A stretch of 64,000 nt of DNA from a bacterium (GTDB lineage: Bacteria > RBG-13-61-14 > DATKZS01). A model generated the notes under the pieces. That model saw nothing but the letters and a program-made list of their open reading frames with translations. It ran no database searches and was not told where the DNA came from. This document shows positions 1-9,199 of this stretch, piece after piece; position 1 is the stretch's first letter, and the number at the start of each line of letters is the position of its first letter. The stretch spans positions 401 through 64,400 of the forward strand of contig JAWOBU010000269.1 of assembly GCA_046484135.1 (NCBI GenBank). The letters run 5' to 3'. The translations under genes were made by a program, and so were the position numbers.

Positions 1-133
1 AGGGATAACCCGGCGGGGCTCATCAGACGATGAGAGGGGCGTAGGGATTTCCCCTGCGCCCACCCGATAAATCTCTCATCGGATGATAGACCCCTTATGC
101 CTCAAAAAACTCCCGCCCGAAGGGCGGAAACAA
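1..133. repeat. Rep-1 interspersed repeat, copy A (possibly truncated by the window edge); contains the ctcatc-agac-gatgag hairpin
   Basis: Positions 1-133 are the near-exact reverse complement of 20519-20675, apart from a ~30-nt hairpin insertion in copy B. The inner end is the shared motif gggcggaaacaa. Confidence 0.6.
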
Positions 134-164
134 AGGCAGTGAGTACCACCATCGTACTCACAAA

Positions 165-455
165 TCAAAAACGGAGGCTCTCCAATTCACGCTGAACCAG
201 GACAAAAAGTGGAGAGCCCACTTCCATATTGAAGCTTACGGTGCAGTCGGCCGAACAACCGTCTCCCACAGTAAGGTTTCCATCGTCGCATTGCTCTCCC
301 GCGTCAACACTGCCGTCTCCGCAAACGTCTTTTTCAAAAACAAAGTAGGAGATCAAAAAAAGACCGACAAGCAGAAAAAAGCAGATGAATATAAAGAATT
401 TTGATTTGTCATTCATTCTTCTCTCTCCAAAAATAAAGTGAAGCAAGTTTATCAA
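165..455 (-). CDS. Small membrane-anchored protein with one Myxococcus-type cysteine-rich repeat ([16 protein letters not shown]...GDGCSADC)
   Basis: The ORF has a hydrophobic N-terminal segment and a C-terminal CxxGxVxxGExCDDGN..GDGCSxxC motif typical of the cysteine-rich repeat family (DUF4215/TIGR02232-like). The surrounding DNA is AT-rich and the start is uncertain (a second Met lies at codon 14). Confidence 0.45.
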   Translation of the reverse strand: MINLLHFIFGERRMNDKSKFFIFICFFLLVGLFLISYFVFEKDVCGDGSVDAGEQCDDGNLTVGDGCSADCTVSFNMEVGSPLFVLVQRELESLRF

Positions 456-483
456 AACATCTTATTCTTCTACATTGGTGTTG

Positions 484-2262
484 TTATTCTCGCCCCCTCT
501 GGTCGGAGTAGGGTTTGCCGGGAGTGTACTTGAACAACATGCTGTTGGATTCCGGAAGACGGTAGACAAGCTGGAACCGTTCCCGAAAGTTGTTTATGGC
601 CGGCTGAAAGTGTTCCTTCATGGCCGGATAGACTTCGTCCACCAGCATGTAGCTCACCCGCTTTTGTTCCATCTGGCGGATGAACTCGGCAGGCTCAGGC
701 GCGAACGGAGGGCCCACCGTGGTTCTCTCGGAGGCGAACGCCACCAGGCGGGGCTTCCGGGCTATAATGACCGTATCGGGTGAAGTGTTTTCCCTTGCGT
801 AAATGGCGACTCCCAGCATATGGGCCATTCCCCGGTTGAAGCTGATAATATGGAAGTTCTCGTTTATCTCGACCCCTCGAGCTCTTTTCATCCTGGAGGC
901 CCGGCTCAAGAAATCGAGGTTCTCGGGAACGTAAGAGCCGAGCAAAAGGACGCTTACTATCAGGATGGCCGCATATTTAAAGGCAGGATGTCCCACTCTC
1001 TTGTCCGCCCTGGAGAGCAGAACCGGCACGGTTTCCACCCCTTTTAGAAAGTAATATATAAGCACGGGGTAAAGCGGGATAAGAAAGCGGTTTTCCACGA
1101 AAGTCCATATTACGATGAGCGCCGAGTAAAAGAGCGCGTAGAGCTCGGAAGCTCCGCGCCTGTTCAGCAGGCTGCGCACAAGCCCGACCGTGGCCACCGC
1201 AAAAATAATGGCTCCCGGAACAATAAGCTCGCTTTCTTGCGCCTTGTCCAGGTAAGGCCATAAGGTTTTGGCGAGCTCCTTCAAGTAAAAGACAAAGTGC
1301 TCACCGACCCTGGAGATGAATCCCCCCACCCCTATAAGCGGAGAGTCCAGGTTGGAAGGGTCCTTTAACAGAAGCTCTTGCCAGTAAGCCGTGCCCTCGC
1401 CTCCAGTAACCGAGCGATTCCTCAAAGACCAGCCCAAAAAGCCGATTATAAAAGGACCGGTCATGACAGCGGCCAGGACCGCGTTCTTCTTGAGCCTTGG
1501 CCTTATCGGGCTTCTAAGGAGTGCCGCTCCCACAACCACCGGCGCCAGCACGATGCCCGCCGATCGGGTGAAGTAGGCTATCACCAGAAATATGGCGGCG
1601 AGATAGGTATAGGGACTTTTGAGAGAGTCTCTATCGAGGGCGAGCTCAGTGAAAAGGAGTGTCAAAACCACAAACGCGGTAAAAGGTATCTCTGACAAAA
1701 GACGGATGGAATAGGACAGTGTAAAAGGCACGGACATCAGGAGAAGCGCGGCAAGAAAAGCTATCAGGTTATGGTCCCTTTGCTTGTAGAGCAGGGCCGT
1801 GCCTGCAGTAGCGACAGCGGCAGACAGCGCTATCAGTGATTTCATTAACACCATGTTCTTTCCGAACAAAAGAATAATGCTCGCCAGCATGAGCGGGAAG
1901 AAAGGAGGATACTTGGTGTGGGGCTCGGGTGGAGAGCTGTTGATGCTCATGTACTCGCCGTCGAGCAGGGAGCGGGCCAGGTTCAAGTACTCGGCGTTGT
2001 CTCCGCCCTGGAAGAAAAAAAGCTTGTTGACTCCCCCCCAATACTGGAGCAGGCAGAGGAGTGCGACCAGTATCACCCAGTAGCTCAGCAGCACCCGCAC
2101 CTCGGGTCTCTGGAGAAGTTGCTGGTAAGGGGACGGCTCCGGGGGTTTAGGGGCTTTTGGGGAGGAAGGTTTCTTGGCCCCCTTCTTGGCTGGTCTTTCT
2201 TTTTCGGGTTGGTCGGGTTTATCTTTGGACTTTTTTGTTCTGGATTTCTTTTTCTTGGTCAA
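484..2262 (-). CDS. GT-C family membrane glycosyltransferase (GT39 / ArnT / PMT-like) with a Lys-rich N-terminal tail
   Basis: The 592-aa ORF is multi-TM with a periplasmic loop (…GGDNAEYLNLARSLLDGEYM…HTKYPPFFPLMLA…) characteristic of dolichyl-phosphate-mannose/ArnT-like transferases. It is paralogous to the gene at 44995..46638. The track start is a TTG, so the true start is uncertain. Confidence 0.6.
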   Translation of the reverse strand: MTKKKKSRTKKSKDKPDQPEKERPAKKGAKKPSSPKAPKPPEPSPYQQLLQRPEVRVLLSYWVILVALLCLLQYWGGVNKLFFFQGGDNAEYLNLARSLLDGEYMSINSSPPEPHTKYPPFFPLMLASIILLFGKNMVLMKSLIALSAAVATAGTALLYKQRDHNLIAFLAALLLMSVPFTLSYSIRLLSEIPFTAFVVLTLLFTELALDRDSLKSPYTYLAAIFLVIAYFTRSAGIVLAPVVVGAALLRSPIRPRLKKNAVLAAVMTGPFIIGFLGWSLRNRSVTGGEGTAYWQELLLKDPSNLDSPLIGVGGFISRVGEHFVFYLKELAKTLWPYLDKAQESELIVPGAIIFAVATVGLVRSLLNRRGASELYALFYSALIVIWTFVENRFLIPLYPVLIYYFLKGVETVPVLLSRADKRVGHPAFKYAAILIVSVLLLGSYVPENLDFLSRASRMKRARGVEINENFHIISFNRGMAHMLGVAIYARENTSPDTVIIARKPRLVAFASERTTVGPPFAPEPAEFIRQMEQKRVSYMLVDEVYPAMKEHFQPAINNFRERFQLVYRLPESNSMLFKYTPGKPYSDQRGRE

Positions 2263-2488
2263 GGTATTTTACCCTTTGGTCCGGACGCCGGTTTCAGGCT
2301 CCGGGGAGGACTGTTTTTTGAAAGAGAGATGAATTTAACAACGGCAGAAATATACCGGAGGCCGGAGTTGCTGTCAAATGCACCTTGAAGACAATTTGAC
2401 TTGGCAGTTGTTTCGGAGAGAAAATAATATAATCTAGAAGCCATGCTTAGTGTATGGATTTCCCTTTAAGTTAGAGGAAGGAAGGTAG

Positions 2489-3169
2489 ATGGAAGTATTA
2501 GCTGATGCCTTGAAGAAGAAGTCCCATAGTCTCTCCGAGTATGATTCCAAGCGGGTCTTGCAGGAGTACGGCATACCGGTTACCAGAGAGCGCCTGGTGC
2601 GGGGTCAGAAGGACGCGGTGGCGGCCGCGGAGGAGATAGGCTACCCGGTGGTGATAAAGGCGACCGGTCCCGAGCTCACCCACAAGACGGAGATGGACGC
2701 CATCCGCTTGAACCTCGCAGACGCCAAGTCTGTCCGGCAGGCCGTACGCGAGCTCAAGGAGGCAACCAAGGGCGAAAAGATTCAGGGGCTGGTGGTCCAG
2801 GAGATGGTAAAGGGCCGGCGCGAGCTGGTGTTGGGTCTCATCCGGGACCCGCAGTTCGGTCCCTGCGTGATGTTCGGCCTGGGAGGCATCTACACGGAGA
2901 TTCTCCGCGACGTGTCTTTCCGGGTGGCGCCCCTCTCCGAGCGGGACGCCCTCGAGATGATGGACGAGATCAGGGGCAAGAAAATCCTGGACGCGGTCCG
3001 GGGGATGGCCGCGGCCGATCGCCAAGCCCTGGCCGAGTCCCTGGTGGCCCTGGGCAGGATCGGCATGGACCAGGACGAGGTCAAAGAAATAGACGTAAAC
3101 CCGATGATCCTGACCGGGGAAGGCCGGCCGGTGGCAGTGGACGCCCTGGTGGTATTAAAAAGCCAGTAG
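2489..3169 (+). CDS. ATP-grasp domain protein, acetate--CoA ligase (ADP-forming) beta-subunit-like
   Basis: The 226-aa ORF has the signature ...YGIPV...GYPVVIKATGPELTHKTEMDAIRLNL...VQEMV..GRELVLG...VNPMI of ACD/succinyl-CoA-synthetase-beta-type ATP-grasp domains. A GGAAGG RBS precedes the ATG. Confidence 0.7.
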   Translation: MEVLADALKKKSHSLSEYDSKRVLQEYGIPVTRERLVRGQKDAVAAAEEIGYPVVIKATGPELTHKTEMDAIRLNLADAKSVRQAVRELKEATKGEKIQGLVVQEMVKGRRELVLGLIRDPQFGPCVMFGLGGIYTEILRDVSFRVAPLSERDALEMMDEIRGKKILDAVRGMAAADRQALAESLVALGRIGMDQDEVKEIDVNPMILTGEGRPVAVDALVVLKSQ

Positions 3170-3231
3170 CCCACACAGAGGTCTGTTAATAAGCGGCGGT
3201 AGCCCACTTCCGTTGCAGGGCTCTTTGGAGT

Positions 3232-4296
3232 TTGACAAGCCATTTTATATCCGGAGCGAACAAGACGCCATCTACGGACAGTAAAATATCAAGGGCATCG
3301 AAGAGCTTGATTAAAAAGGCCGGCGGCCGCCCGCTGAAGCTGCTGTATCAACAGGCCCTCCTCAGGTACTCCTCCGAGGTCCGGAACCTGTCGCCATACG
3401 CGCCGAACCCGCGGATCGTCCTGCTCGAACTCTCCAGCCTGTGCAACCTCCATTGCCCCAAGTGCGCGCTCAAGGCGACCAGGCGCGAAAAAGGGCTCAT
3501 GCCCGCGGAAAAGGCCATGGAGCTGATAGACCGGTGCAGCGAAATCAGTCCCGACATCATTAACCTGTCCATGCTGGGAGAGCCGCTCCTGCACCCGGAG
3601 GCAGAAAGGATCGTTTCTTATGCATCGGGCAAAGGGTTTCCGGCCGGGCTTACCACCAACGCCATTCTCCTTGCCCCGGAAAGGTCGAAAAAGCTCCTGC
3701 AAGCCGGGATCAAGTTAATCGTGGTTTCCATAGACGGATGGGACCGCGAGTCGAACGCAAAGCGCCAGCACGGCGCCGACCTGGACAAGATGCTTTTCAA
3801 CCTGAATAAACTCCGCGAGATGCGAGGAAAGAGCGCAAAACCCCGCATCGTGGCCAACACCATCTGGGACAGGGAATGCCTCGAGCATCTTTCCGAAATA
3901 AAAGCGCTGCTCGCTCCCTACGTGGACGACATCCGCCCCATTCCCCTCATAGACTTCGGGGTCCCCGGCCATGAAATAGACCCCGCTCTTGTGCCCGGAA
4001 CCAGATCGTGGAAAAGAGTGCCCTGCCGCTACCTGTGGAACATATTGAGCATCGGGTGGGACGGAGCGGTCACAGCCTGCTGCAGCGACTACGCCTACAT
4101 GCTGAAATACCACCACGTAGACTTAGCCCCCCTTTCCGAAATATGGAACAGCGAAAAGATAAGAAAATGGCGCGAGCTTCATATCGAGGGCAGGTTCAAC
4201 GAAATGCCCATGTGCGGCAGGTGTACAAAAGACTATCTCGATTCCTTTGCCTTCTACCGGCTGAAAGACCGCTTCCATGGAATCGAGGTAAGCTAA
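3232..4296 (+). CDS. Radical SAM protein with C-terminal SPASM/twitch domain
   Basis: It carries a CNLHCPKC (CxxxCxxC) cluster, a C-terminal CCSDY…CGRC Cys-rich SPASM-like region, and a GEPLLHP motif. The track start is a TTG; an alternative TTG near 3304 is possible. Confidence 0.7.
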   Translation: MTSHFISGANKTPSTDSKISRASKSLIKKAGGRPLKLLYQQALLRYSSEVRNLSPYAPNPRIVLLELSSLCNLHCPKCALKATRREKGLMPAEKAMELIDRCSEISPDIINLSMLGEPLLHPEAERIVSYASGKGFPAGLTTNAILLAPERSKKLLQAGIKLIVVSIDGWDRESNAKRQHGADLDKMLFNLNKLREMRGKSAKPRIVANTIWDRECLEHLSEIKALLAPYVDDIRPIPLIDFGVPGHEIDPALVPGTRSWKRVPCRYLWNILSIGWDGAVTACCSDYAYMLKYHHVDLAPLSEIWNSEKIRKWRELHIEGRFNEMPMCGRCTKDYLDSFAFYRLKDRFHGIEVS

Positions 4297-4337
4297 GGCA
4301 TATAAAAAGGCCGCTCTTTAAGGCGGCCGGAATCTTA

Positions 4338-4415
4338 TGGCGGGGCCGACGGGACTTGAACCCGCGACCTCTGGCTTGACAGGCCAGCGTTCTATCCGGA
4401 CTGAACTACGACCCC
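4338..4415 (-). tRNA. tRNA-Asp (anticodon GTC), CCA encoded
   Basis: Manual fold: acceptor ggggtcg/cggcccc, anticodon stem ctggc/gccag with loop cTGTCaa, T-arm gcggg-ttcaagt-cccgt, 3' GCCA. Confidence 0.85.
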
Positions 4416-4479
4416 TTATGTTTTACGGATACGCGGAACTCTCTTTCATCAAGACTGAAGCGTGCCGCTACTTCTTAAA

Positions 4480-4552
4480 TAGGCGGGACAGGGATTGAAC
4501 CTGCGACTTTCGGCTTGTAAGGCCGACGCTCTCCCAACTGAGCTACCCGCCT
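4480..4552 (-). tRNA. tRNA-Val (anticodon TAC), CCA not encoded
   Basis: Manual fold: acceptor aggcggg/cccgcct, anticodon stem tcggc/gccga with loop ctTACaa, T-loop ttcaatc. Confidence 0.8.
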
Positions 4553-4681
4553 TTATGACATCAGATTATTATAATAGCAGTTTCTCCAAAGTCAATCACC
4601 CCCGCATCAGAAAACCCGGAAAATCTGCATGAAACCGCTGTCGGCATGAGCTCCGATCAAATGCCCGGCTTCTTACCATGC

Positions 4682-5731
4682 TCAACCAGGGGGATTAGCC
4701 GGTATGAGCCCTGCGCCGGGAACGTGAACACGATATTTTTGCGGCGCGAGCATTTCAAAGGACACGGACACACTGAGAAAGCTTTTTATGACCTCGGCGT
4801 GGGTCCGAGTGTGCTCGGTGACTTCAGAGGTCAAGAAACTTCCGCCTTGCCCCAGCGCCAGCGGCAGAAGCAACTGGTCTGCCAGCCGGGGATCAACCGG
4901 CACCCGGGTCCGGACAAAGTTTTTCGCCTCCCGCGCCGCTTCCCTCGCGACCCGCTCCGCTTTCTTGCCCGGCTGGCCAAAGCCGGTTATAAGGACAGTC
5001 CGGTCTCCCGACTCATACCTTATGAGAAGGGCATTGCCGGGCCCCACTTCGCCGGGAAGCACTCGCGTGTGGACAGAGGCGGGGTCCAGCCCCAGCCGCT
5101 CCGAAAGCTCCATCTGCTCTCGGTCCGCAACGTGCTCCGGCAGGTTGCTTATCAGGACCTCGCAATCGGGCCCCCGCCAGTCCGTCTCCTCTTCCAGCCG
5201 GAGAGGCGAAGAAAAACGCCAGGGACGCACAACCGCACGGAGCGCGCCGCCTCCCCTCGGATAAAAGCCGTGCCTGATAAGCTCGACCTCTGCGTCCATG
5301 CCCAGCTTGCGGACCTCGGGAAGGAAGCACTCCGAAAGGTACTCCACCGGCGGCGCGCCCGGGTTATGGGTCCCGCCGTGAATGGTTATCACGCTCTCGT
5401 CCTTTCCGAAAGAGAGTACCGGCAAAAGGGTCTGGAAAACCAGCGCAGTGCTTCCCGCGGTGCCTATCTCGAAGCTGTACCTGCCCGGCCGAACTTCGCC
5501 CGGCTCGAACTCGAGATCGCCGGAGAAGCGCTTGGCCCCTGTTGCCGTGCCCTTAACCACCTTGTTTATTGACCGGACCGCGGAGAGGTGCTGGGGCTGC
5601 AAACCGGGCTTGGAACGGCGCGAGCGGATGTTCTCCATCTTAAGACTGCGGCCCGAAACCGCGGCCAGGGAAAGCGCGCTCCGGAGTATCTGCCCTCCGC
5701 CCTCGCCGAAACTGCCGTCAATAAATATCAT
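4682..5731 (-). CDS. rtcA: RNA 3'-terminal phosphate cyclase
   Basis: The N-terminus MIFIDGSFGEGGGQILRSALSLAAVSG is the hallmark of RtcA, and the 349-aa length fits. Confidence 0.85.
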   Translation of the reverse strand: MIFIDGSFGEGGGQILRSALSLAAVSGRSLKMENIRSRRSKPGLQPQHLSAVRSINKVVKGTATGAKRFSGDLEFEPGEVRPGRYSFEIGTAGSTALVFQTLLPVLSFGKDESVITIHGGTHNPGAPPVEYLSECFLPEVRKLGMDAEVELIRHGFYPRGGGALRAVVRPWRFSSPLRLEEETDWRGPDCEVLISNLPEHVADREQMELSERLGLDPASVHTRVLPGEVGPGNALLIRYESGDRTVLITGFGQPGKKAERVAREAAREAKNFVRTRVPVDPRLADQLLLPLALGQGGSFLTSEVTEHTRTHAEVIKSFLSVSVSFEMLAPQKYRVHVPGAGLIPANPPG

Positions 5732-5874
5732 AACCGCTCCCGCGCCGGAGGTCTCGACTCGCGAAGAATGAACATATCCTCCTCCGGCTTTTCAAGCCCC
5801 TATGATAATAGCGCCTTTGCTTAAAAAAAAGTCCTTCCGGGCCGGGAATGCATAAGATAAGCTCTTTTCGGTGA

Positions 5875-5902
5875 TTGACACTGCCGGTGAAGCGTTTATA
5901 AT
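5875..5902 (+). promoter_or_regulatory. Near-consensus sigma70 promoter for rplC (TTGACA–16 nt–TATAAT)
   Basis: TTGACA at 5875-5880 and TATAAT at 5897-5902 lie ~40 nt upstream of the rplC GTG. An aaaggagag RBS sits at 5930-5938. Confidence 0.5.
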
Positions 5903-5944
5903 AAATAGTTCAGTTTTTCCTCACGGCAGAAAGGAGAGTCGGCG

Positions 5945-6607
5945 GTGATTGAAGGAATAATAGGCAAGAAGCTCGGAATGACCAGTATATTTGACGAAGC
6001 GGGCCGGATGATACCGGTTACGGTCATCGAGGCGGGGCCGATAACGGTGATGCAGATCAAGACCCCGGAGCGGGACGGCTACGCCGCCTTGCAGGTGGGG
6101 TTCGAGGACAAAAAGCTTCAGCGGGCCACAAAGCCCGAGATAGGCCGGGCCCGGAAGTCCGAGACCAGTCCCAAGAAGGTGATAAAAGAGGTCCGCATCG
6201 AACCGGAGGAAGTTGCGAACTATAAGCTCGGCCAGGCGTTAAGCCTTTCCGAGATGCCGTTTGCCAAGGGAGACTTGGTAGACATAATCGGCAAGAGCAT
6301 CGGCAAAGGCTTCAGCGGGGTAATGAAGCGTCACAACTTCTCCGGCGCCCGCGCGACGCACGGGACCCACGAGTACAAACGGCATGGCGGCGCCATCGGC
6401 CACTCCGCGGACCCCTCCCGCGTGTTCAAGGGAAAAAAGATGGCAGGCCAGCAGGGCAATAAAAGAATCACGACCCAGAACCTGGAGATCGTCGAGGTCC
6501 GGCCGGAAGAGAACCTGATCATGATTAAAGGAGCGGTGCCCGGCCACCGGAACGGCATTTTGAAGATAAGAAGCGCCAAGAAAAAGAAAGCCGGCCGGGC
6601 CGCTTGA
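5945..6607 (+). CDS. rplC: 50S ribosomal protein L3
   Basis: MIEGIIGKKLGMTSIFDE…VTVIEAGP…FKGKKMAGQQGN…IKGAVPG aligns along its length with bacterial L3. It uses a GTG start. It is not followed by rplD, rplW or rplB. Confidence 0.9.
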   Translation: MIEGIIGKKLGMTSIFDEAGRMIPVTVIEAGPITVMQIKTPERDGYAALQVGFEDKKLQRATKPEIGRARKSETSPKKVIKEVRIEPEEVANYKLGQALSLSEMPFAKGDLVDIIGKSIGKGFSGVMKRHNFSGARATHGTHEYKRHGGAIGHSADPSRVFKGKKMAGQQGNKRITTQNLEIVEVRPEENLIMIKGAVPGHRNGILKIRSAKKKKAGRAA

Positions 6608-6643
6608 TTCAATCACTCCGCCTTCGTAAAACAGCCGCTCGAC

Positions 6644-7453
6644 ATGGATGAATCTTTTAAAAAGGCCATAGACCATCCTCTCATAACCGAGGTCCTGTTC
6701 TTTCCCCGCCGGATCAGCGAGCACGACCTGCCCAAAGACCCGAACGGCCGGGTGGAACGCATTCCTGCAGGGAACGACACCCTGGGCGCTTACTGGTACC
6801 GTCCTTTTCCGGAGTCGCCCACCGTTTTGTTCTTCCACGGCAACGGCGAGGTCATAAGCGATTATCTTATGGACTTCCACGGCTTCCTGGAAAAGCTCTC
6901 GCTGAACTTCCTGCCCGTGGATTATCGCGGTTACGGCCTTTCCACCGGCTCTCCCTGCCTGTCCGCGATGCTGGAAGACGCCCGGGCGGCATGGGACTAC
7001 GCCGTGTCCGAGCTGGGGTTGTCCTCCCGGGACATCATCATCATGGGAAGGTCGCTGGGTTCCCTGGCCGCGCTCGAGATCGCAGGCGGGCCAGGCAAGG
7101 ACGCCCGGGCTCTCGTGATCGAAAGCGGCATCGCCAGGTTTGACAACTGGATCAAACGGATGGAGTACCTCCTGCAACAGATGGGAGTTGACGTCGAGCT
7201 TTTAAGGAAAGCACTTAATCAAGCCTTTGACCACCAGACCAAAATACGCTCATATAAGGGGCCCCTCCTTGTCATGCACGCGCCCAACGACGAGATAGTG
7301 CCGGTCGAACAAGGCAAACAGCTCGCCTCATGGGCCGACCCCGAAAAAACCACCCTCCACGTCTTTCCCCGCGGCGGACACAACGACATCCAGATTTTCA
7401 ACCGCGAGGAGTACTTCCGGGTGCTGGCCGACTTTATCAATAATTTCTGTTGA
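6644..7453 (+). CDS. Alpha/beta hydrolase fold protein
   Basis: FFHGNGE…, a GRSLGS nucleophile-elbow-like motif, and a C-terminal …HAPNDEIVP…GGHND catalytic His region. Confidence 0.7.
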   Translation: MDESFKKAIDHPLITEVLFFPRRISEHDLPKDPNGRVERIPAGNDTLGAYWYRPFPESPTVLFFHGNGEVISDYLMDFHGFLEKLSLNFLPVDYRGYGLSTGSPCLSAMLEDARAAWDYAVSELGLSSRDIIIMGRSLGSLAALEIAGGPGKDARALVIESGIARFDNWIKRMEYLLQQMGVDVELLRKALNQAFDHQTKIRSYKGPLLVMHAPNDEIVPVEQGKQLASWADPEKTTLHVFPRGGHNDIQIFNREEYFRVLADFINNFC

Positions 7454-7635
7454 CCCGCGTTTCCGGAAAAACATGAGCTTCTTTGCAAGTGCTCCATTGG
7501 AAGCGATATGCTTTTAATGAGAGACAATTAAAGTGAAAAGATTGCCTTCTCTCGCGTGTGCACTTCTTTCGGTCCGCAAAAGCGGAAGAAGAGAGAAGGG
7601 GAAAAAAAAAGCGGGCCGAAGCTGAAAAGCCCTTC

Positions 7636-8586
7636 CTACATGTCTTCAGAGAGTCCGAGGTAGAACGGGTCCTGGACCCAGCCGCGGCCGAGTCCCAGGC
7701 TTTCCATGGTCTCGACTGCCTGCCGGTACTCGGCGCGGCTCGGTCTTCTTGCAAGGCCCGGAAAGTCGAAGGCCTGGTAAGCGGGGAAGTACTGGCTCAT
7801 GAGGCTGATGGCGGTATTGGGCGATATCTTGCGGGCGATAAAATCGAGCACTCCTTCCGATCCGGCGTGTCCAGCGGGAAGCACCAGGTGGCGGATAAGC
7901 AGGCCCCGCATGGCAATGCCGTCTTCGTCCAGGACCAGGTCTCCCGCCTGCCGGTGCATCTCTTTAACAGCGGCGCGGTTCCGCCGGGGGTAGTCGGGAG
8001 CTTCGGATATGAGGCGGGCCGAGTCGCTGCTGCCGTACTTCATGTCCGGCATGTAAATGTCCACGACTCCATCCAGCAGCTTGAGCGCTTCCACTGATTC
8101 GTACCCTCCGCAGTTGTAAACCAGGGGCAGCCGGAGCCCCAGCCGGACGGCGACGGGCAGTGCCTCCACTATAAAAGGCATCATGTGGGTGGGGGTTACG
8201 AAATTGATGTTGTGGCAGCCCCGGTGCTGGAGGCGCATCATCATGTCCGCGAGCTCGTCTGCATCCGTCTCGTCGCCGTTTTCCAGGTGGCTTATGGGAT
8301 AGTTCTGGCAGAACACGCACCTTAAGTTGCAGTGGCTGAAGAAGATGGTTCCCGATCCATGCCGGCCGGAGACAGGCGGCTCTTCACCGTGATGGGCGTT
8401 AAAGGACGCCACCCTGGCCTTGCCGCCGGCCCCGCAAAATCCCTTCTCGCCGGAAAGCCGGTCCACGCCGCAGCCGCGGGGACACAGCCGGCAGGAGGCA
8501 AGCAAGCTCCTCGCCTTTTCTGTCCTTTCGGCCCACTCCCCTTGGGCTATCCCCAGGTAAGCGGGCCACGGCTCATTAACCCGCAT
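7636..8586 (-). CDS. Radical SAM enzyme, PFL-activase-like (AmmeMemoRadiSam-type signature CNLRCVFCQN with N-terminal CxxCxxGC cluster)
   Basis: …GTIFFSHCNLRCVFCQNYPIS… and the N-terminal CRLCPRGCGVD…GFCGAG. The assignment to the AmmeMemoRadiSam subfamily comes from motif recall only. Confidence 0.6.
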   Translation of the reverse strand: MRVNEPWPAYLGIAQGEWAERTEKARSLLASCRLCPRGCGVDRLSGEKGFCGAGGKARVASFNAHHGEEPPVSGRHGSGTIFFSHCNLRCVFCQNYPISHLENGDETDADELADMMMRLQHRGCHNINFVTPTHMMPFIVEALPVAVRLGLRLPLVYNCGGYESVEALKLLDGVVDIYMPDMKYGSSDSARLISEAPDYPRRNRAAVKEMHRQAGDLVLDEDGIAMRGLLIRHLVLPAGHAGSEGVLDFIARKISPNTAISLMSQYFPAYQAFDFPGLARRPSRAEYRQAVETMESLGLGRGWVQDPFYLGLSEDM

Positions 8587-9199
8587 AGACCTTGTCCTTG
8601 ACCGGGCGGGGCGCCCGTTCGTACTTCGTGTTCAATAAGATAAGAGAAAGAAGCAGCTCATCCGGGTCGCCGCCGTTTTTTCTTAACTCCTTGAGCTTCT
8701 TCTTGATGTGTTTTTTGGCGGAATAAGGATGGACGCACAGCGCGTCAGTGGCATACCAGTCCTCGCCCAGCGGGAAGATGCGCAGGTCAGCCATGTCACC
8801 TTTACCAAGGGTAACCGGCGCCCGCTTTACTTCTTTATAAACTTTGTTCGAAAGCATGTCCTTGAGGTTGACCTTGCCGGGCGCGCGCTTTTTTACCAGG
8901 AAGATGCTGTGGACCGCCTGCTGGAGGCCCTGCAGGGCTTCCTTGACCGGCGCGTCAAGCTCGGGGTGGCGCTGAAGGCACTCGGCAGCGGGTGTACGGC
9001 CGGAGGACAGCAAAGGCCGGTCGAACGCGAACCACTCGACGAAGCTGCCCAGCCTGATCTCCTCCAGCGGCTCGCCCGGCAAAGGAGCGCCTACTTTACG
9101 GAAGTAATCCTCCTTGGCTTTCTGCAGCTCCTCCCGGAACTCTTCATTGCCGATCATTTCGTGGACCAGCCGCAGAGCTTCATAAACCGCTTCCGCCAT
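8576..9199 (-). CDS. Hypothetical protein (207 aa), translationally coupled between carA and the radical SAM gene
   Basis: Its start shares position 9199 with the carA stop, and its 3' end overlaps the radical SAM ORF. I recognise no domain. Confidence 0.5.
   Translation of the reverse strand: MAEAVYEALRLVHEMIGNEEFREELQKAKEDYFRKVGAPLPGEPLEEIRLGSFVEWFAFDRPLLSSGRTPAAECLQRHPELDAPVKEALQGLQQAVHSIFLVKKRAPGKVNLKDMLSNKVYKEVKRAPVTLGKGDMADLRIFPLGEDWYATDALCVHPYSAKKHIKKKLKELRKNGGDPDELLLSLILLNTKYERAPRPVKDKVYAG

Noticed and set aside
6239-7177. 312-aa minus-strand ORF overlapping rplC and the alpha/beta hydrolase gene
   Set aside because: It is antisense to two well-supported genes. Its composition is GC third-position-driven and it has no motif.
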